Assembly (NCBI RefSeq): GCF_009914755.1
Contig: NC_060938.1
Length of the DNA stretch: 64,000 bases
Source of the DNA: the human T2T-CHM13v2.0 reference genome, Homo sapiens
Direction: 5' to 3' (one strand)
Below, in pieces: positions 58,947-64,000 of this stretch. Numbering within the stretch: position 1 is the stretch's first letter; the number at the start of each line of letters is the position of its first letter. The notes below the pieces were generated by a model, which saw only the letters and a program-made list of their open reading frames with translations, made no database searches and was not told the origin of the DNA. The position numbers and the translations under genes were made by a program.

Positions 58947-59178
58947 CTCTTAAGATAAGTCTTAGTTTCAAACTGAACTTTCATCGCCAAGATTAGTACA
59001 AAGGAATTTTATCATGGTTCTTTCTGAATATATCACTCTTCCCTTATTTAAAGGGGGCAATTTTATCTACAGACCCAAATCAAATATTCTTCCTTATTTT
59101 AAATAAAATTCTGAAGTATTTAAGCTTCACAGGGGCTACACATCAGTATCTGCTGAGAAAATTGAAACTAGATTTCTT

Positions 59179-59242
59179 GGCTCGGGCTCAGTGGCTCTCG
59201 CCTGTAACCCCAACACTTTGGGAGGCCAATGCAGGTGGATTA
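59179..59242 (+). mobile_element. Alu 5' fragment
   Basis: 'ggctcgggctcagtggctctcgcctgtaaccccaacactttgggaggcc', then a TA run. Confidence 0.8.
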
Positions 59243-60039
59243 TATATATATATGCAGCCAAATTTGGCCCATCAAATCCCAGAGGAGCTGGGACCATTAA
59301 TTTTTTGGTTACAAAAATAAATTGAAGTCTGATAGGACTCCACAGGATAAAATGCTTGACCTCTCCTCTTTGGAGGTATTGTCCCTGGTTCTGTTATAAA
59401 TGTACTTTATACAGAGAAGTGTCATCAGTAACTTTTCCTTCTTATGGATATTGTCAGGAGAATATTTAGCCACTACTTTGGATTCTATAACTAGAATTGT
59501 ATATATTAACATAATGGTCAGTAAAGACAATTAAGAAAATCAGACAAGGGCTCATGACATGCTCAACTCTGCCAGTGTTGAAGCCCTTCAAAAAGAATTC
59601 CCAAGTGAGCTTATTAGACATGGGTGCAATAACTCAGCCTTGAAGTATACTTCTGCTAATATTTCTTACTCAAGCACTTCAGACACAGCTCAGTACTGAT
59701 GAGTATCTAGACAGCTCACTTGTGTCAGGCTTCCTACCATCTGATTAAGATCCTATAAATGAGTCATATTTCATAAGCAGTGGCCATATCCAGTACTGGG
59801 CAGCCATAGAAAATAAACTAATCATCCAGAGGCCAGCTGTTCCATAAAGCTATAAGAAGCAGACAGTACTCATTGAAAACTACTGCTGTTGATCTTCAGT
59901 ATATGGTCAACTGCAGACACACAATATCAGCTTGAAAAGAATATGAGCTATCATCTAATTCAGCCACCAGATGTTCAAATATTCACTACATGAACCAGCT
60001 CAGTGGTCCCAAATCTGGCTATGTGGCAGATTTTGTTTT

Positions 60040-60335
60040 TGTTTTGTTTTTATTTTTAAAGATTTACCTTATTTTTAATTGATGAATAATTTTGCATCTT
60101 TATGGAGCACAAGGTAATATTTTGGTACATGCATGCATTGTGAAATGATCAAATCAGACTAATTTACATATCTATTATCTCAAATACGTATGATTTATTT
60201 CTGGTGAGAACATTTAAAATCTATTTTTTAGCCATTTTTAAATATAGAATACATTATTATTAACTATAGTCACCATGCTGTGTAATCACCTGAACCTATT
60301 CCACCTAACTGAAACTTTGTACCTTTTGATACACA
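60040..60335 (-). mobile_element. L1MA/MB 3'UTR fragment
   Basis: 'gtgagaacatttaaaatcta', 'ttattaactatagtcaccatgctgt', 'taactgaaactttgtacc'. Confidence 0.75.
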
Positions 60336-61953
60336 TTCTCCAGCCTCACCAGCTCTGCTGCACTAAAAATCTCCAGAGGTGGTAGAATATCTAGCTTAAG
60401 GCTGCACTTTCTATCTTTAGGCAGCTTTTTAAAATGCCTCATTATATAGTCATAAAATGGTTCTGCACAATTTCCAATCATTGGTAGATGTTCAATCACC
60501 TGAGGCCTGTTCTGTTTTCCTTTCTCTCAACCAAATGTTGCCAATCTTTCCACTATTCAATATGTGACATAATATTGAGTCAAGTTCTTAACATCTTCTT
60601 GGTCTCCCATGAATGTTTTCTAGTTAGAGTATTATAGCCCAGAAGAAATGAACATTCTAGTACAGAGTGGGGCAGGATAGGCACCTCCCTCACACTTCTA
60701 TTAGCACAACCCAGCTGTTCCATTTAGTTATCACATTGACCTTACCTTAGCTACAGCTGAATGTCTCTTTGCAATCATTTTACATTTTCTTCTTTCCCAT
60801 TTCACAATGCACACTAGTCAAAGTCTTTAACATTCTATTTAAGTCCCACCTCCAATCGCTTTCTCTTAGCTGAGGGCACGGTTTTCACAATCTGTGGAGA
60901 AAATACATGTATCCCAATCCACCAAATTAAAATACCCTATCCTAATCCACCCAGTTAACATCTGAGCACCACAATGAGTATCAAATTACAAAATCAGAAA
61001 CACACATATGAGAGACCTTACCTAACAGCAAGTTTTATTAACAATGTCAAGCACATAAGCAATCAAGAGGCACAGACAAAGGGAGAAATCAAGAACATCC
61101 TGCGTGATTTCTCAGGTCCTTTCTTTCCACATTGGACAGGAGTCATCTGGCCGAGAAGAATAGATGAGGTCTCTAAGTGAGGCTTGGTGGTCACTTTCCA
61201 CATTTGGGGGAATATGATTACAAACCATTTCTATTTTATGCCCTCAGAGAGTTGTAGAACATATGCGATAGTTTTCATGCCTTACAAATCCGTAAACTAT
61301 AGATGTATTTATTATAAGTAATCTGAAGTCAGAGACAACCTGTAAAGGACATTCCACAGGTAAGAACTCTTCTCCTAACAAATGTTAGTCTATTTACCCA
61401 AAATATAGTTACCATGTTTACATGGAGATTTGACTGGCTCAAGAGCCTTCTTTGCTTTCCCTCAAAAGCATCACTCTTGGTAATCAGGGCAGAAATGAAT
61501 CATAGGTCTACAGCTTTAACTCTATCCTCCCCAAAATCTATACTTTTCCATATTTGTTCTTGTCATAAGGGAAGAAGTCCTGCTTTACACTAATCAGGTG
61601 CTCTGAATACAATTCCCTCAGCTATTCGCCTTCATTATACCTTCTGATATAATTTTGTTTTCATTTTTATTATGTGCTCTTTCTCTTTTACTGTGCCCTC
61701 TGATATAGCTTTAATGTATTCCTACCTACAAACATATTTTCCTTACCATATAAATATATTAATTATCTCTCGCTTAAAAATGATTCCTTAATGGTTATTA
61801 TTCCAGAGACATCTAACATCTCTCTGTCTTTACTATTACAACTAAAATTGTTGATACTTGCTTAGACCTAAATGTGACTGTTATCCCTAATATGGAACAT
61901 TTATTTATGTGTTACTTAAACCACAGAAGACATTTTTAACTGCCTACTGAATA

Positions 61954-62175
61954 CAGTCATCCCTCAGTATCCTTGGGAGATTGGTTCCAGAACCCCATGG
62001 AAATGAAAATCCATGAATGCTCAAGTCCCTCAAATAAAATGGTGTAGTATTTGCATATAACCTAAGCACATCCTCCCCTATACTTTAAGTCATCTCTAAA
62101 TTACTTACACCTAACACAATGTAATGCTATGTAATAGCTGTTCTACTCTGTTTTTTACTTGTATTATTTTTATTG
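61954..62175 (+). mobile_element. MER2, partial
   Basis: 'cagtcatccctcagtatcc...ttggttccag...gctcaagtccct...tagtatttgcatataaccta'. Confidence 0.85.
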
Positions 62176-62319
62176 ACAATGAGTACATGTCAAAGGAGGT
62201 GGCCACTTGATTCAAGGGAGTTCTCATAGAGAAGATACTGGCTGAACTAAGAGTTGAAGGATAAATGGGATCACATAAGTTGGAGATAATGTTGACAGAA
62301 GCATTTAAAATAAGAAAAA

Positions 62320-63170
62320 CAAGACTTTTAGTTCTAACAAGATTTCTCTCTGTTTTACCATGCTAAGTACAACGATAAACACTGGAAATAAAATGAGACA
62401 ACCAAAAGATAACTTTGAAAGGTAGAGAGTGAAAGGCAAACTGGTTAGCCACCCCAGGACTAAAGGAAAAACACAGTGGCAGAGCATCTCTTACCCCCAC
62501 CCAACTGAAGAAGGTGATGTGATGCAAGCCCAATGTTTCCCAACTTCCCACATAGCAACAGAAGGCAGCCCAGGTAGGGTCCTTCCTCCCCTGGATGGAA
62601 AAAGAGTTCTACCCACAAGACCAGGCAAGTCCTGCAGGCTCCACCCCAGCCCCAGCAGTGCAGATCAATCAGAAGCCCCAGTGATAATGAGGAGCCAGAG
62701 GAAGCATTCTCTGTCCAATCTACACACACACATTTCCCTACCTAGAAACAGTACTGAAACTGACAAGGGGGAATCCTGCTACAGAATTGGCTAGCCCAGA
62801 AGCCTCTTTGTCCCCAGAGGCCTCCTCACACAATAAGAGACATAGGGTGGATGTACCCATATGGGAAGCTTCTTCTTTTTGGTGGAAATGAAACTTCCCT
62901 CCCCAGCTTATAGGTTCCAGGCAGCCTGACCAAGGGATGCTCCTTCTGCCCCGTCAGATGGCACTAGTGGGAAACAGTAGGAGTCTCAGGTAAATTAAGC
63001 AGACCAAAATAACACCACAAAGGCTCTGATAATTAAATTTTCATTGGAACCACTGTCCACAAAAGATGGCCAAGACCTGTCTGCTAAAACTAAGCATGTC
63101 TGCTAAAATCAAAAATTTAAATAGGACCCAGTGTGTCCTAACATACTAATAGCAAAATGTCCAGGATACA
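62320..63170 (+). mobile_element. Old L1M 5' region
   Basis: GC-richer L1M-like 5'UTR ending 'aaaatgtccaggataca'; explains ORF 62429-62794. Confidence 0.45.
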
Positions 63171-63779
63171 AATGACTAAAAGACAATGAACAAAGAAGAG
63201 GCCTGGGAGTATGAAAACCATTGTCAAGTACAGCAAGAATAGAAAAAGGATATCACAAGAAAGAAAGTATCCAGGTAATAATAATGAGAGCTAAAGCCAC
63301 ATTTGTTGCTGATAGTGTACTAGACACTGTTCTAGGAACTTAAAATGAATGAACTCTTCTGTTAAAACCATTCTATTGATTAGGTATTCTCTTATTATTT
63401 CTGTTTTTGCATGGATAAACTGAGGCATAGGGAGGTTAATTAACTTGAACTAGCCAAACAGCTCATAAGTGATGGAATCAGGATTTACAAACTTTCAGTC
63501 ATACTCTCAGTTTCCACTCTATACTTAGAGTGACATAAAGTAGGATAGAGTAGATTGTGAATGGCCATGACTGTCTTTTTAAGGGATCTAGATTGTATTT
63601 TGTAGGCAAATGACTACATGAGCAAATCTGTGTGTTAAAAAAAATAACTCTGGAAATAACAAAAAGGATTAATTAGAAGAAGAAACACTAAAATAGAAAA
63701 AGCAGATAATGGCCATAAGTAAGCAAAGAAAAGGATATTAAGAATCTAAACTAAACAAGTAACAATATCACTGAGGAGA

Positions 63780-63927
63780 GGCTATTAACAGGGATAAAAC
63801 AAAACTTTAACAGGAAGACATACTAACTCTAAACATTTATACAGCTAATATCAAAGGTTCAAGACACCTGAAGCAAAAACTGATAGAACTTCAAGGTGAA
63901 ATAGATGAATACATATTATAGTCAAGA
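63780..63927 (+). mobile_element. L1M ORF2 endonuclease fragment
   Basis: 'caggaagacata...ctaaacatttat...gaagcaaaaactgatagaacttcaaggtgaaataga'. Confidence 0.6.
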
Positions 63928-64000
63928 ATTTTTTTTTTTTTTTGAGACGGAGTCTCGCTCTGTTGCCCAGGCTGGAGTGCAGTGGCACGATCTCGGCTCA
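63928..64000 (-). mobile_element. Alu, running off the window edge
   Basis: T tract followed by 'gagacggagtctcgctctgttgcccaggctggagtgcagtggc'. Confidence 0.95.

Overview
AT-rich, CpG-poor primate (human-like) genomic DNA, probably intronic or intergenic. I recognise no host protein-coding exon and no rRNA, tRNA or snRNA gene. Almost all long ORFs in the track derive from L1, Alu or LTR sequence. The window is dense in repeats: ~15 Alus, several old L1s, one near-full-length minus-strand L1PA3/4-type element, ~18 LTR/ERV pieces (seven within 12.9-18.5 kb) and MER DNA transposons. Family names are from my recall of consensus sequences, not from a search. Most notable: (1) a 384-bp, ~98.4% identical inverted duplication of apparently unique DNA (26305-26688 / 29415-29798) around a 2.7-kb spacer, starting exactly where an L1 is cut; (2) the 36.6-42.2 kb L1 is a spliced integrant (SpIRE97/622-type) that lacks the 5'UTR intron; (3) a multi-junction template-switch scar at 7.1-9.1 kb built from HERV-L/MLT2A pieces and an inverted copy of a neighbouring L1 segment; (4) an LTR7B with an expanded repeat array nested in an LTR10 carrying an AP-1 VNTR. 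The sequence alone does not demonstrate a new biological system; these are structural leads.
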